A DNA stretch of 64,000 bases from Octopus sinensis (Eukaryota), in the NCBI RefSeq assembly GCF_006345805.1, contig NC_042999.1, positions 159,650,001-159,714,000 on the forward strand. Reading direction: 5' to 3'. The first letter of the stretch is position 1. Every line of letters starts with the position of its first letter. Shown here piece by piece: positions 63,805 through 64,000 of the stretch. Both the position numbers and the translations under genes were made by a program. Under the pieces are notes generated by a model that made no database searches, had not been told where the DNA came from, and saw only the letters and a program-made list of their open reading frames with translations.

Positions 63805-64000
63805 TGAAAATTATATACACACAATGAAGAAATATTTAAAAAAAGATTCTGAAGAAAAAATGCCTGATAAAACTGAACTACACACAGTGAAAAATAATAT
63901 AAGTCCGTTCGAATGACTTAAGTCGGGTCGCTATATGTAGTAGCGTTACCAGTAAATAATGTAGACTGGTACTACCTGCGACATTTTGAAGGAAAAAAAC

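Overview
Eukaryotic, AT-rich, microsatellite-dense DNA made almost entirely of transposable elements. The SINE families and repeat style match an octopus (Octopus sp.) genome; this is recognition, not a database result. I can support no host protein-coding gene. The only long intact ORF (1601-3754) is a Penelope-like retroelement RT + GIY-YIG endonuclease. It sits in a fold-back structure: an inverted copy of its 3' ~1.18 kb lies upstream. The main result is that three different Penelope-type termini each carry a minimal type I hammerhead ribozyme with a different palindromic stem III (ACCGGT, ACGT, ACTCGAGT). The one on the near-intact element has the non-canonical compensatory U3-A8 core (UUGAAAA instead of CUGANGA). 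Also present: Tx1/L1 copies confined to (GATA)n arrays, a 3.2-3.3 kb tandem duplication bounded by MITEs with a hybrid middle copy, a minisatellite made of 11 SINE tRNA heads, tail-swapped and nested SINEs, Helitrons (one with a paralogous empty site), and decayed Chapaev3, mariner, Tc1, maT, RTE and R4/Dong elements. Most other listed ORFs are microsatellite artefacts.
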